6,055 bases of DNA from Escherichia coli (GTDB lineage: Bacteria; Pseudomonadota; Gammaproteobacteria; Enterobacterales; Enterobacteriaceae): assembly GCF_048403405.1 (NCBI RefSeq), contig NZ_CP183132.1. The stretch is one strand, 5' to 3'. Positions 5,632 through 6,055 of the stretch are shown piece by piece. The first letter of the stretch is position 1; each line of letters begins with the position of its first letter. Below the pieces are notes generated by a model. It was not told the origin of the DNA, did not search any database, and saw only the letters and a list, made by a program, of their open reading frames with translations. A program made the translations under genes and the position numbers.

Positions 5632-6055
5632 TCTTGAGATCCTTTTTTTCTGCGCGTAATCTGCTGCCTGTAAACGAAAAAACCGCCTTGCAGGGCGGTT
5701 TGATCGAAGGTTAAGTCAGCTTGCAGACTGCTTAACCAGGTAACTGTCTTATGCGAGACGAGTCACCAAAATTGTTCTTCTAGTGTAGCCGCACTCCGGC
5801 AGCCACTTCAAGTACTCTCTAAATATCTCGCACATGACTTTTACCAATGGCTGCTGCCAGTGGCGCTTTGTGGTGTCTTTTCCGGGTTGGACCCAAGAGA
5901 ACAGTTACCGGAGAAGGCGCAGCAGTCGGGCTGAACGGGGGGTTCCTGCATACAGCCCAGCCCGGAGCGAACTGCCTAAGTCGCCCCGAGATACCAGAAG
6001 ACGTGAGCTATGAGAAAGCGCCACGTGTCCCGTAAGGGAGAAAGGCGGAAAAGGT
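5632..6055. repeat. terminal redundancy: exact copy of 1..424 caused by reading past the circular junction; plasmid unit length 5631 bp
   Basis: 5632.. tcttgagatcctttttttctgcgcgtaatc… equals position 1 onward, through …aaggcggaaaaggt = 411..424. The ORF 5847..6035 duplicates 216..404. Confidence 0.95.

Overview
The window is a complete, circularly permuted ColE1/ColRNAI-type mobilisable plasmid of about 5631 bp. Bases 5632..6055 are an exact repeat of 1..424 (read as wrap-around, not a duplication). The GC-rich backbone carries, in order: the RNAII promoter, the RNAI/RNAII copy-control region, a pMB1-like ori, a ColE1-like oriT/bom with nic region, rop/rom on the minus strand with a GTG start, and mbeC plus mbeA with mbeB and mbeD nested in another frame. 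A cer-like XerCD/ArgR multimer-resolution site follows the mob genes. Between that site and the RNAII promoter, where ColE1 carries its colicin-immunity-lysis module, lies a sharply AT-rich (~30% GC) foreign segment of about 2.05 kb. It holds a two-gene, translationally coupled operon: a 350-aa soluble protein with no family I can recognise, followed by a 288-aa, 10-TM EamA/DMT-superfamily permease. No resistance gene, colicin, LexA box, IS element or CRISPR is visible. The cargo operon and its junction with the cer-like crossover site are the parts most worth follow-up.
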